Assembly (NCBI GenBank): GCA_051362555.1
Contig: JBPQGU010000016.1
Span: forward strand, 3,100,001-3,164,000
Length of the DNA stretch: 64,000 bases
Source: Lingula anatina
Lineage: Eukaryota; Animalia; Brachiopoda
Direction of reading: 5' to 3'
The notes under the pieces are model-generated. The model saw only the letters and a list, made by a program, of their open reading frames with translations, was not told where the DNA came from and did not search any database. Positions 1-15,366 of this stretch are shown piece after piece; within the stretch, counting starts at the first letter, position 1; every line of letters begins with the position of its first letter. The translations under genes were made by a program, and so were the position numbers.

Positions 1-1
1 A

Positions 2-685
2 ATAATTCTTACTAATGATGTAGCATTTACAAGTAAACATTTTGATACATTTTTTACATTTTCAAGTTATGAAAGTTTTATGTATCAAAAAGTTACTAAT
101 TATTTTCAATTATTTTTACCAATTTTGTTATTATTTTTTATCATTCCATTTGTTTGATTTTTTATTGCAAAAACAACAACAGGATTAAGAATAAAATCAG
201 TTGGTATTGATCCAAAAGTTTTGAAAACATTAGGTATTTCACCCGAAAGATATAAATATATTGCTGTTTTATTAGGTTCATTTTTAATGACTATAGCATC
301 TTGATTTTTTGTAGAATTTAGCGGAAAATTTTCCGGATCTGTTTCTGGCTTTGGATATTTAGGGTTATCAATGATGTTGTTGGGAAGAAGCAAAGTTTTA
401 TTTATTTCAATATTTACTTTATTAATTGCAATGTTATCAAATTTTACATCAAAAATAATTTCTATTGAACCAGATCCAGAAATTTATATAACACAATTAC
501 AAAAAGATGAATTTAGAAGTTATTATTCATCATTAGAAAATTTATTTAATGCTTTAGTTTATGTAATACCAATTTTAATTATTGTTTTTTATGAAATTGT
601 TAAAAAAATAAATAATAATAAATCAAAATTAAAAATTAAATATAAAGAATTAAAAACAAAAAAAACAAATAAAAATCAAATTTAA
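2..685 (+). CDS. Nucleoside/sugar ABC transporter permease (5'-truncated by window edge)
   Basis: Open frame from nt 2 with TGA=Trp; GLRIKSVGIDPKVLKTLGIS (EAA-like loop) and SGFGYLGLSMMLLGR typical of BPD_transp_2 nucleoside permeases. Confidence 0.75.
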
Positions 686-918
686 ACAAATTTTAATATG
701 TATTTATATAAAATATGATTTAAATAAAATTAAAAAATTTCTATTAATAATTTTTTAAAATAAAAATAATATAAATTATAATTTTAATTAATATTTATAT
801 TGAAAATTATTGATAAAAAAATGATATTTTAGAATTATTAAGTAATATAAAATATAAAAATATTATTGTTATTTTTTAGTAATAAATAATTTTTTTAATA
901 AAAGATAAAATTAAATAA

Positions 919-1545
919 ATGAAAATTAAAAAAATATTTTTTTATGAATCAGAATTTATTATTTATCAAAAAGTTTTAATGCCAAGACCAGAGACAGAAC
1001 AATTGGTTGATTTAACTTTTGAAAATTTTATTAAATTATTTCCATATAAAAATAAAGTTTTAGAAATTGGTTGTGGTTCTGGAGTTATTTCTATTTCTCT
1101 TTTTAAAAAAAATAAAAATTTAGAAATTGATTCTGTTGATATTTCTGATTTAGCTATTAAAAATACAAAAGAAAATGCAAAAAAATTAAATGCTAAATTA
1201 AATATTTATAAAAGTAATATGTTTGAAAATGTAAATGGTAAATTTGATTTAATTATTGCAAATTTACCATATGTTGAAGATGATTTTATATTTTCTAATG
1301 AAATTTTAAATTGAGATCCAAAAGAAGCACTATTTGGTGGTAAAGATGGATTGTATTTTTTTAAAATATTTTTTAAAAATGTAACAAAATATTTAAAAAA
1401 AAATTTTTTAATAGCATTAGAAATTGGATATAAACAAAAAAAAGACATTAAAGAATTAATTAAAAATAACTTAAATAATGTTAATTTTGAATTTAAAAAT
1501 GACTATTCAGGTTTAAATCGTTTTGTTTTTATATATAATTTTTAA
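919..1545 (+). CDS. prmC: Release factor glutamine methyltransferase (HemK/PrmC), short N-terminus
   Basis: VLMPRPETE, LEIGCGSG, IANLPY, ALFGGKDGL, LEIGYKQ; ORFs 919 and 1351 join through TGA. Confidence 0.92.
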
Positions 1546-1548
1546 ATA

Positions 1549-2049
1549 ATGACTAAAGAAGAAATAATTTTAAAATTAAATAATAATGAAATTGGAATTA
1601 TTCCAACTGATACAATTTATGGAATTGTTACAAAAATTGGGAATTTAAAAACAGAGAAAAAAATTTTTAAAATTAAAAAAAGATCTAAAAATAAAAAGCT
1701 ACCAATTTTAGTTTCTTCTTTTGAACAATTAAAAGAATTTATTGAAATTGATGATAATATTAAAAATTTTTTTGAAGAATTAATTGAACCAATAACCGTT
1801 ATTTTTGAATCAAAGAATAAAAAAAAAGAAACAATTGCAATTAGAATGGTTAAATGAGAATGATTAAAAGATATTATTGATAAAACAGGCCCACTTTTTG
1901 CAACAAGTTGTAATATTAGTGGCAAATATGAATTTAATAATTTATATTTTTGATTAAAAAAAGTTGATTTTATTGAATTAAATGAAAAAACATGTTCAGT
2001 AAATTCTTCAAAAATCATTGAATATAAAACAAAAAAATATATTAGATAA
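1549..2049 (+). CDS. tsaC: L-threonylcarbamoyladenylate synthase (Sua5/YrdC)
   Basis: IPTDTIYG, KKR..KKLP, TIAIR, ATSCNISG. Confidence 0.92.
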
Positions 2050-2072
2050 ATTAATTAATAATATTTAAAATT

Positions 2073-3074
2073 TTATTTTTTTTGTATCATTTTTATTTTT
2101 AATTTAATTTCTTTTAAAACATCTTTAACTTGTTTTCAATTTTTTAATTTGATACCACTTGCCAAAAAGTGACCACCACCACCAAATTTATTTGCTATTT
2201 CTCTAACATTAAAATTTAAACTTCCACGCATTGAACATTTAATTTCATCATTTTCATTTAATTGTATAAAAAATACTCTTACTAAACTATTATTTGTAAA
2301 ATTAAAGTTACTAATAAATCTTCTTATTTGTGAGTGATGTTTTAAAAATGGCAGTTTTTCTTTATCTTGTGGTTTAAAAATAAGTGATATTAATTTATTT
2401 TTGTTATATATATTTTTATAAATATAATTTAATACTTTAATATCATTATTAGTAACTTTATTTATATTTTCATGAATTAATTTTAAATTAGCGTTTTTTT
2501 TAATTAAAAAACTTGCATTTTCAAATGTTTCATAATTTACAGAATTATATTTAAAATTACCAGTATCAGTTATTGTTCCAGTTAATAATGATGTTGCAGT
2601 TTTTTCATTAAATTTTCAATTAAAATTTCTACCTAAATCAACAATCATTTGTGTTGCAGCTGAATATTTTTCATTTATTCAACTAACTAAACAATTGTGT
2701 TTTTTAGTTTCTTTATGATGATCAATTATTATTAAATTTTTAAATTTAAAATTTGAATATTCAGTTCTTTCAATATCTTGTACATCTACTAAAAAAACTA
2801 ATGATTCATCAAAATCTTTTTGTTTTAATTTTTTATTAGATACTTTATAGTCTAAAAAATCTAAATTTGAAATATTTGAATAATCACCACTTATTAAAAT
2901 TTGTTTATTTTCAAAATTTTCTTTTAATAAATTTTTAAAACCAACTTGTGAACCTAATGAATCACCATCTGGATTTATATGACCTAAAATTATTATTTTA
3001 TTAAATTTAATAATTTCATTTTTAATTAAATTAAATATTTTTTTTTCTTCTTTTGAAAATATTTTTTTACACAT
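2073..3074 (-). CDS. nrnA: DHH/DHHA1 phosphoesterase (NrnA/Pde2-like nanoRNase or c-di-AMP/pApA phosphodiesterase)
   Basis: GHINPDGDSLGS, IIDHH, ITDTGNF, GGGGHFLASG. Confidence 0.88.
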
Positions 3075-3077
3075 TTT

Positions 3078-4427
3078 TTAATAGTTTAATGTTTCATAAC
3101 CTACATAAAATGGAATTACATCACGTATATTTTTTGTATTAGTTACAAACATTAATAATCTATCAAATCCTAGTCCAAAACCTGTTGATGGGGCAAAACC
3201 ATTTTTTCTTAAATTTACATATCATTCCAAACCTTTGATAGGTATGTTTTTATCATTCATTTTTTTTACAAGAAATTCATAGTTATCTTCCCGTTGACTT
3301 CCACCAATCATTTCACCAATTCCATTAACTAGTAAATCATATGATGCTACTGTTTTATTGTCATCATTTAATTTCATATAAAAAGATTTAATTTCTTTTG
3401 GAAAGTTTTTTACAAAAACTGGTTTATTTAAATGTTCACATATAAACATTTCATGTTCTTTTTCTAAGTCCATACCTCATTTTATGTCTTGGTTTTCAAA
3501 TTTGTCTTTATTTTTTAATAAAATATCAATAATTTCTTTATATTCTAATCTTCCTCATTCTTTAGAAACAAAAGATTCTAATTTTTTTATTATATTTTGA
3601 TTTGTTTTATTTGATAGGTATTCTAATTCATTTTTATTTTTTTCTAAAACAAATTTTATTACATTTTTTAAGAAATCTTCAGCCATGTCTATACAATCAT
3701 TTATTTTATAAAATGCTACTTCAGGTTCAATCATTCAAAATTCTGATGCATGATATCTTGTTTTTGATTTATCTGCTCTAAATGTTGGACCAAAAGTATA
3801 AACATATTTAAAACATTGAGCAAAAGCTTCAGCATGTAATTGACCACTTACTGTTAACTTTGCAATTTTTTTGAAAAATAAACTTTCATTATCTAATGAA
3901 TTATTTACAAAAAAACTTTCTCCAGCACCTTCACAATCATTATCTGTTATTAATGGTGCAGTTAAAAAATGGTAGTTTTTTTCTTGAAAATATTTATGTA
4001 CTGCAAAAAAAAGTGAATTTCTTATAGTAAATATTGCTTGAAATAATTTACTTCTAGATCTTAAATCACTGTTTTTTCTTAAAAATTCTAAACTATGTTT
4101 TTTGTTTTGTAAAAAATAACTTTCATCAGTTTTTGATAATAATTTTGCAGAAATTAAATTTAATTCAACAATTTCTATTTCATTTTTTGCTTTTGTAATT
4201 AAACCAGTAACTTCAATTGCAGAACCAATAAATCATTTATTTATATTTTTATATTCATTATTATTTTTTTTATAAATTACTTGAATATCTTTTAATGTTG
4301 AACCATCTGTTAAAACTATAAAAGATGTATCTTTACCAATTCTATGTTTTCTTATTCAACCTTTTAAGGTTATTTTTTTATCTAAAAAATTTTTATAATT
4401 TTTTTTTATTTCTTTAATCATCATCAT
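3078..4427 (-). CDS. asnS: Asparagine--tRNA ligase
   Basis: [44 protein letters not shown]; start may be any of three tandem ATGs (4421-4427). Confidence 0.95.
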
Positions 4428-5460
4428 TTGCCTTTATCTCAAAATTCCCACTTATATCCACCAATGTATTTGATGTTAAAAATACATTTGGATCTATTTT
4501 TTTTATTTTTTTTTCAAGTTTAATTTTTTCCAAATATGTAAGTGTTGTTAATATTATTTTTTTATTTTTTTTTTCATATAAACCTTTAACATTAATTATA
4601 TTACCACTACGTTTAAAATTGTTGATTATTTCATTTCTTATTTCTTCATATTTTTCTGTAATTATTATTAGATTTACTAATTTAAATTTTGGATATAAAT
4701 AATTTAACATTCAAGAATATGAATAACCAAATAATAGTGCTGCAATTAATAATAATACAAAAACATCTAAACTTTCAATTGCATCTTCAGTTTTAAGAAA
4801 GTATTCATTTAATAAAATTGAAAATGAAACAGTTACAAAATTAATTAATGTTGAAATTTTATGTATTTCTTTCTTTTTTTTTGTTGCAAAATATGTATAA
4901 ATAAAATCTAATCCACCACCTGATATTTGTTTTTTTCAAATAATACTTGATCCTAATCCAACACAAATACCAGAAAAAATAGCAACTATGTAATATCCAA
5001 CTACTTCTACTTTTTCTTTATTTGTTTTATGATCATGTAATACATCAAATCTAAATATATCTTGTAATCATTTATCAACTGCATTAATTGATAAAATTAA
5101 ACCAATAATAAATCAAATTAAAACTGAAATCATTGATTTATATGTAAATCTTTTTCCTAATTTATAGTATGAAAAAATAAATAATGGAATATTTAATATA
5201 AATGCTGATATATAAAAAATTATAAGTGGAATGTTAAAACCAAACATTACTTTATTTTCTATTTTATTTATTGCAATGTTATAAAAAGTTTGTGAAAAAA
5301 AATAGTATGATGGTATATAAATTTTATTTGATAAAACAATTTTGCTATAAATTAAAACAAGAATTAAATTTGCACAAATTAAAGAACTTATAAATTTTAT
5401 TCAATATATTTTTTTGTTTTTATTTAAAAAAGAATGTGATATTAAAAAATTTTTTTTCAT
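4414..5460 (-). CDS. YitT family membrane protein (DUF161/DUF2179)
   Basis: LNIPLFIFSYYKLGKRFT, SGGGLDFI, C-terminal GLYEK...IDPNVF domain. Confidence 0.8.
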
Positions 5461-5533
5461 TTTATTATATTAATTTATATAAATTATTATAGAATTTTTA
5501 TTTTTTATTATATATACAAATGTTATTATTATT

Positions 5534-5875
5534 TTATATATTAAAAAGACAATAAAAAAATAATAAAAAAATATTAATTATTATTGGTATTCAATTAAAT
5601 AAAAAATGTATTTTTAATATATTTATAAAAATTCAAGATAAAAAAACTATCAATAAATAAATAAAATATTTTAATATTAAAGAAAATCATATATATTTTT
5701 TATTTATTTTTATTTTTTTATTAATTAATATTAAAAAAAAACTAAAAGAAAAAACAAACCAAAAATTAAAAATTCAATTTATTTTTTCTTTTAAAAAAAT
5801 ATCTAATAAAAAAAATATAGAAATAATTAAAATTAAAAATATTTTTTTTATATTTTTTTTAAAAAAATAATTTAT
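5534..5875 (-). CDS. Possible small hydrophobic membrane protein (MG406/AtpI-like), no ATG start
   Basis: ~110 stop-free codons (TGA=Trp) directly after upp with several hydrophobic segments; only ATA/ATT-type start available. Confidence 0.35.
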
Positions 5876-5876
5876 T

Positions 5877-6509
5877 TTATTCAGTTCCAAAAAAACGATC
5901 ACCAGCATCTCCTATACCAGGGACAATATATTTTTTATTATTTAGTTTTGGATCTATTTTTACAGTATAAATTTTAATTTCAGGAAATGATTTTAATATA
6001 TTTTCAATACCTTCATTACAACTATTAATTGAAACAACTGTTATTTTTGCATCAGTTTCTTTTTTTATTTCTTCAATTGCTTTTAAAATTGTATTTCCAG
6101 TTGCAATCATTGTATCTAAAATAATAATTTGATCATTTTTTTCATGTTTTGGGATTTGAAAATAATATTTATGTATTTTATAATTTTTTTTATCTCTAAA
6201 AAAACCAATATGTCCAATTAATGAAAATGGAATCATATTTTTAAAACCATCTAACATAATTAAACCAGCTCTTAAAATTGGTAATAAAACAATTTTATTT
6301 TTTATTTTTTTACAAATGGTTTTTTCTAATGGTGTTTCAATTTCAATATTTTCAGTTTGAAAATCTTTTGAAATTTCATTAACAATTAATTCATTTATTT
6401 TTTTAAATGCAAATCTAAAATCTTTTAAATTAGAGTTTTTGTTTCTAACAATTGAAAAATAATGTTCAATTAAAGGACTGTTTATTATTTTTACTTTTTT
6501 ATTTATCAT
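5877..6509 (-). CDS. upp: Uracil phosphoribosyltransferase
   Basis: PILRAG, LDTMIATG, YIVPGIGDAGDRFFG. Confidence 0.97.
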   Translation of the reverse strand: MINKKVKIINSPLIEHYFSIVRNKNSNLKDFRFAFKKINELIVNEISKDFQTENIEIETPLEKTICKKIKNKIVLLPILRAGLIMLDGFKNMIPFSLIGHIGFFRDKKNYKIHKYYFQIPKHEKNDQIIILDTMIATGNTILKAIEEIKKETDAKITVVSINSCNEGIENILKSFPEIKIYTVKIDPKLNNKKYIVPGIGDAGDRFFGTE

Positions 6510-6564
6510 TTATAAAAATTATAATATAAAAGTAATATTTTTCTTATAATAACTTTAAAAGCAT

Positions 6565-7314
6565 ATGGAAAAAAATAAAACTGATACATGAGACAAACTT
6601 ATAAAAAATTATAAGTTTTGAGAAAAAGAATATTGAGATATATTTTGAGACAAAGAATTGTGAGAAATTAAAAATGAAATTCTAATGTGAATAAGTTTAT
6701 GTTTAATTTTAATAATAGGTATTGTTTTTTCACTTTTTATTTATTTTAAAGTGAAGAATAAAAAAGAAAATGAAGTATCAAGTGGTTTTTTATTATTAAC
6801 AGAAATAATTTTATTTCAAATACAAAAAATGGTTGTACAAATTTTAGGTAAAAAGTATAAAAAAGTTTCTTCATATATTTTATTTTTACTTTTTTATATG
6901 AATCTTGCAAATGTATTATCTGTTATTGGTTTTGTATCTCCATTAACTAATATTTCATCTGTTTTAACTTTAGGTTTTATTATGTTAATTGGTTGTTTTG
7001 TATTTGGTATTTTATTTAAAAAAATAAAATTCTTTTTAATATTATTAAATCCTTTAGATTTAATGTCATTAATTACATCATTTATTTCAATTTCATTCCG
7101 TTTTTTTGGAAATTTAGTTGCCGGAACAATAATTTTAATGTTAGTGTATAATGCTATACCTACTTATGGTAACTATAGTCCAATAATTTTAATTTGAGTT
7201 TCACCATTACATTTATATTTTGATTTTTTTAGTGGTGTTTTACATTCATTTATTTTTGTAATTTTAACACTTACATATTGGTCTTTACAAATGCCTGAAA
7301 TTAAAACAAAATAA
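6565..7314 (+). CDS. atpB: F0F1 ATP synthase subunit a
   Basis: SISFRFFGNLVAG (conserved Arg), LHLYFDFFSG; first gene of atp operon. Confidence 0.92.
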
Positions 7315-7351
7315 AAATAAATTAAAATTAAAAAAGTTATATAATTTTTAA

Positions 7352-7594
<243 letters not shown>

Positions 7595-7639
7595 TAATAT
7601 TAATTTTTAAAATTAAGAAAGAAAAACTAAAATTTTAAT

Positions 7640-8152
7640 ATGGAAGTTAAAGGTATTGATCAATTTTTTAAAATGGATTTTCCATTAATAGTTGCACAAA
7701 TAATTGTTGCAGTAATATTAATTATATTTTTTACAGTTTTTTTATACAATCCATTTAGTAAATGATTGGATAGAAGATCAAAATATTTATTAGATATTAA
7801 AGATAAAACTGAAGAAAATTTAAAACAAGCAGATTTTTTAAAAAGAAAACAAGAAAAAGCAATTTCTATTTCTAAAGAAAAAATCAAAAAGTTTGAAGAA
7901 AAATCAATTTTAGAAATAAATGAAAAATTAAAAAAAGAAATATTAAAATCTGAAAATTTCAGAAAAGAAATTATTCAAAATGCAAAAATTGATGCAAATA
8001 AAATTATAAAAGATTCTTATTATAAATCAAAAGAATCAATTGTTAAAAATTCAATTCTTTTATCAAAAAAAATATTAGAAGAAGAAATGAATGAAACAAA
8101 ACATAAAAAAATGATTGATGATTTTATTAAAGAATTAGATAATAGTATTTAG
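7640..8152 (+). CDS. atpF: F0F1 ATP synthase subunit b
   Basis: N-terminal TM, YNPFSKWLDRR, charged coiled coil; operon position. Confidence 0.9.
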
Positions 8153-8704
8153 ATGAAAAATAGAGAAAATTTTTTTGTAATTGTTTATTCAAAATCTTTT
8201 TATTTATGTTTTGAAAAAGAAACAAAAAAAGTTAAACAAGAAAATTATAAATCTGCATTAATTTTAATAGAAATATTTATTAAAAATAAAAATGAATTAT
8301 TTTTTCAAGTTTTAAAAAATGAAAAAAAAATAGAATCTAAAAAAATAATAAATGATTTATTTAAAGATTTTTTAGATAAAAGATGAATTAATTTATTTTC
8401 AATTATGATTGATGACGAAAAAATTTATTTATTTATTTTAGTATTGAAAAAAATAATTTTATATTTTGAATATGTTTTAAATATTAAACATGGTGAAATT
8501 TTTTCTGTTATTAAATTGGAAGAAAAATATATTTTAAATATTGAAAAAAAAATTAGTAAATTTTTAAATAAGGATGTAAAACTTTCAAATTATTTAGATA
8601 ATAAACTTATAGGCGGAATATTAGTTAAAGTTGGTGAATATAAATGAGATAATTCAATTAAAAATAAATTAGATAATTTAGAAAAAGAATTATTAAAAAA
8701 TTAA
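8153..8704 (+). CDS. atpH: F0F1 ATP synthase subunit delta
   Basis: [22 protein letters not shown]; two ORF fragments join through TGA. Confidence 0.88.
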
Positions 8705-8708
8705 AATT

Positions 8709-10235
8709 ATGAAAAATACAAAAATTACAGAAATAACAAAAATAATACAAAAGAAAATTGAAAACTATGATTTAAAAATAAACATTTCAAAAAAAGGTAA
8801 GGTTATTTCTGTTGGTGATGGAATTGTTATTGCACAAGGATTAAAAGATGTATCATATTTAGAAACTGTTATTTTTGATAGTGGAGCAACAGGTATTGTT
8901 TTTTCATTAGAATCAAATTCTGTAGGTATTTTTTTACTTGATAAAGTTGAAACAATTAAAGAAAATGATGGTATTACATCTACAAATAAATTAATTTCTG
9001 TACCAGTAAGTGAAAAGTTCCTTGGTAGAATCATAAATCCAATTGGTATAACATTAGATTCAGGTTTACAATTTCAAACTAATAAATTTGAAGTAATTGA
9101 AAAAGTTGCACCAGGTGTTATTACACGTAAATCTGTTGACCAACCTTTAGAAACAGGAATTTTAGCAATTGATGCATTAATTCCAATTGGTAAGGGACAA
9201 CGTGAATTAATTATAGGTGATCGTCAAACTGGTAAGTCAGCAATTGCAATTGATACAATAATTAATCAAAAAGGTAAAGATGTAATTTGCATTTATGTAG
9301 CTATTGGACAAAAAACTTCTACCATTTTAGAAGTTGAACAAAAACTAAAAGAACATAATGCAATGGATTATACAATAATTGTTTCAGCATCTGCTTCTGT
9401 TTCAGAAGGTATGAAATATATTGCACCATTTTCAGGTATTACTTTAGCAGAGTATTTTATGAATAATGGTAAAGATGTTTTAATTGTTTTTGATGATTTA
9501 ACAAAACATGCAATTGCATATAGAAGTCTTTCATTACTTTTATCTAGAAGTCCAGGACGTGAAGCATATCCTGGTGATATTTTTTATTTACATTCTAGAT
9601 TGTTAGAAAGAGCTGTTAAATTAGATGATAAATATGGAGGTGGATCTATTACTGCACTTCCTATTATTGAGACACAATTAGAAGATATTTCAGCATATAT
9701 TCCAACAAATATAATTTCTATTACAGATGGACAAATATTTTTATTAAATGATTTATTTAATTTAGGAATTAAACCAGCAATTGATTTAGGATTGTCTGTT
9801 TCACGTGTAGGTTCAAGTGCACAAATAAAATCAATTAAACAAATGATTGGTTCATTAAAACTTGATATTGCACAATATCGTGAATTAGAATCATTTTCAA
9901 GATTTGGTGGTTCATTGGATAAGGTTACACAGGAAATTTTAAAAAATGGACAAAAAATAGTTGAAATTTTAAAACAAAAAGAAGCATGTGGAATAGAACA
10001 ATGAATTATGGCAATTATTTTGTTTGTAATTAAGAAAAATTTAATTAAAAATATTGAAATTGAAAAAATAACTAAATTTATTGATGAATTAAAATTGTAT
10101 TTTGAACAACTTTCAAAAACAAAATTAGATTGAATTCAAAAAATTATTAAAAATAAAGAAATAACTGAACATCAAGAATTAAAGTTGTTACAAGAAATAA
10201 ATAAATTTATTTTTGAATTCAAAAAAACATTTTAA
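8709..10235 (+). CDS. atpA: F0F1 ATP synthase subunit alpha
   Basis: [29 protein letters not shown]. Confidence 0.98.
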
Positions 10236-10238
10236 ATA

Positions 10239-12600
<2,362 letters not shown>

Positions 12601-12735
12601 TAAATTTTGTATTTTTTTAAATTTTTTATTTAAAATTAGATAAAAATCTATTTTTTAAAAATAATATAATATACTTAATAACAATATTAAATATTATTGA
12701 AAATAATTTTTATTAATAATAAATTTAACAATATA

Positions 12736-12993
12736 ATGAAAAATAAAATAAATTTAGAAATTTTTACAAAAGATAAAAAAGTATTTAATGGTTTAGTTGA
12801 TTCAATAACTATTTCAATAAATAATGAAGATGAAATAACAATTTTACCAAATCATATTCCAATTATTACTTTTATTGATGATACCAATATTATTTTTAGA
12901 ATTAATCAAATAAAAAAAGTTTTTAAATTAGGTAAAGGTATTTTTAGATTTTGTGAAAATTTTTCAATAGTAATTGTTGATGAAATTAAATAA
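12736..12993 (+). CDS. atpC: F0F1 ATP synthase subunit epsilon (N-terminal beta-sandwich only)
   Basis: LEIFT..., ITILPNHIP; position after atpD. Confidence 0.85.
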   Translation: MKNKINLEIFTKDKKVFNGLVDSITISINNEDEITILPNHIPIITFIDDTNIIFRINQIKKVFKLGKGIFRFCENFSIVIVDEIK

Positions 12994-12997
12994 AATT

Positions 12998-15361
12998 ATG
13001 AATTTTTTAAAATTTTTTAAATCAGAATATTGAGTTTTAAAACAATGTAAAAAAACAACAAATTTAATTCTTAAAAAATGAGAACAAATTGAAAAATTAA
13101 ATGATGAAGAATTAAAGAATAAAACTTTAGAATTTAAAAATAGATTAAATAAAAAAGAGAGTCTTGATGATATTCTTCCAGATGCATTTGCAGTTATTTG
13201 TGAAGCAATTAGACGTAAAAAAGGTTTTAGATTACATAAAGTACAAATAATTGGAGGTATTATTTTACATAATGGAAATGTTGCAGAAATGAAAACTGGT
13301 GAAGGTAAAACATTAACTGCATTATTACCAATTTATTTAAATGCATTAACAGGCAATCCAGTTTATATTGTAACTGTAAATGAATATCTTGTTAAACGTG
13401 ATAAAGAAGATAATGAACAAATTTTAGGTTCTCTTGGTATTACAGTTGGAAATGTTTTATCACAAATGGATGAATCAGTAAAAAAAGTAAATTATGAAAA
13501 AAATGTTATTTATGCAACTAATTCAGAACTTGGTTTTGATTATTTACGTGATAATATGAAACAATCAATTGAAGAAAAAATACAAAAAAAACTTTCTTAT
13601 GTTATTGTTGATGAAGTAGATTCAGTTCTAATTGATGAAGCACAAACACCACTTATTATTTCTGGAAAACCAAAAAATAGAAGTAATTTATATAAAGATG
13701 TTGATAATTTTGTAAAAAAATTACAATATCATGATTATGTAATTGATAGAGAAACACAAAGAATTTTTTTAAATAAAAAAGGTGTAAAAAAAGTAGAAGT
13801 AAATTTTAAAATTGAAAATCTTTATAGTTTTGTAAATTCAGAATTAAATCATTTTATAAATAATGCATTACATGCAAATTTTTTATTAAAAAAAAATATA
13901 GATTATGTTGTAAGAGATAATAAGATTTTTTTAATTGATAAATTTACTGGTCGTATTATGGAAGATAGATCATTATCTGAAGGTTTACATCAATCATTAG
14001 AAGCAAAAGAAGGTTGTGAAATTAAGGATGAAACTGCTATTTTAGCTACTGTTACATATCAAAATTTTTTTAGATTATTTTCAAAAATATCTGGTATGAC
14101 AGGAACAGCTATGGAAGAAAAAGATGAATTTATGGAAATTTATAATATGCATGTAATTTCTGTTCCTACAAATTTACCAATTCAAAGAAAAGATTTAGAT
14201 GATTTAATTTTTTATGATAAAAAACATAAATATTTAGCAGTTGCAAAGTCTCTTAAAAAATATTATGAAAAAGGACAACCAGTTTTATTGGGTACAAATT
14301 CTGTTGAAATTTCAGAAGAAATTTCTTTTATTTTAAAAAAAATGAGAATTCCACATAATATTTTAAATGCAAAAAGACATGAATATGAAGCATCTATTAT
14401 TAAAGATGCTGGAAAATACAAATCAATTACAATTGCAACAAACATGGCTGGACGTGGAACTGACATTAAATTAGATAAAAAATCAGAAGAATTAGGTGGA
14501 TTGGTTCTTATTTCTTTAAGTAGAAATGATTCAAGAAGAATTGATTTACAATTAATTGGAAGATCTGGAAGACAAGGACAACCAGGTTTAACACAATTTT
14601 ATTTATCTTTAGATGATGTTTTGTTTTTACGTTTTGGCTCTAAAAATTTAAAATCTATGTTTTTAAGTTCAAAAGATAGTGTTATTTCTTCTAAATTTTT
14701 AACAAAAATTATAAAAAAAGCACAAAATAAATTACAAAATATGTCTTTTGAACAAAGAAAATCTTTACTTGAATTTGATAATATAATTGCACAACAAAGA
14801 AGAGTTATTTATAAACAAAGAGATTTTTTAATGTCAGTTAAAGATTTTTCTAAATTTATTTATAGATTATTTAATTATTATTTAAATAATGAATTAAAAA
14901 AAATTATTGATAAAAATAAATTTTATATTTCATTTAAAGAAATGAATGAAATATATAATTTATTAAAAGAAAAAAAAGTTTTTTTAGAAACACAAGAATT
15001 TGATTTAAAAAAACAAACATATCAAATTTATGAAGTTAAAGAATTATTTTTAAAATATTTTCAAAATAATTGAAAATGATTTACAGATGTAGAAAATGAA
15101 AAAATAAAAAAAATAGTTACAGATTTAGTTGTAAAAAAAATATTAGTTTCTTTAGATAAACATTGAACAGATCATTTAGATGAAATTTTAAAAATAAAAT
15201 CAGCTTCATTTTTACATGCATATGCACAAAAAAGACCGCTTCAACAATTTATTGAAGAATTAGAACAAATGTTTTTAAAACTTAAAAATGATGTTGCAAA
15301 AGAAAGTATGGAAAAAATTTTTTTCTTTTTAAACAATTTATATTTAAAAGTAACTAATTAA
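12998..15361 (+). CDS. secA: Preprotein translocase ATPase SecA
   Basis: AEMKTGEGKT, GFDYLRDN, DEVDSVLIDEA, ATNMAGRGTDI, GRSGRQG. Confidence 0.98.
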
Positions 15362-15366
15362 AAAAA

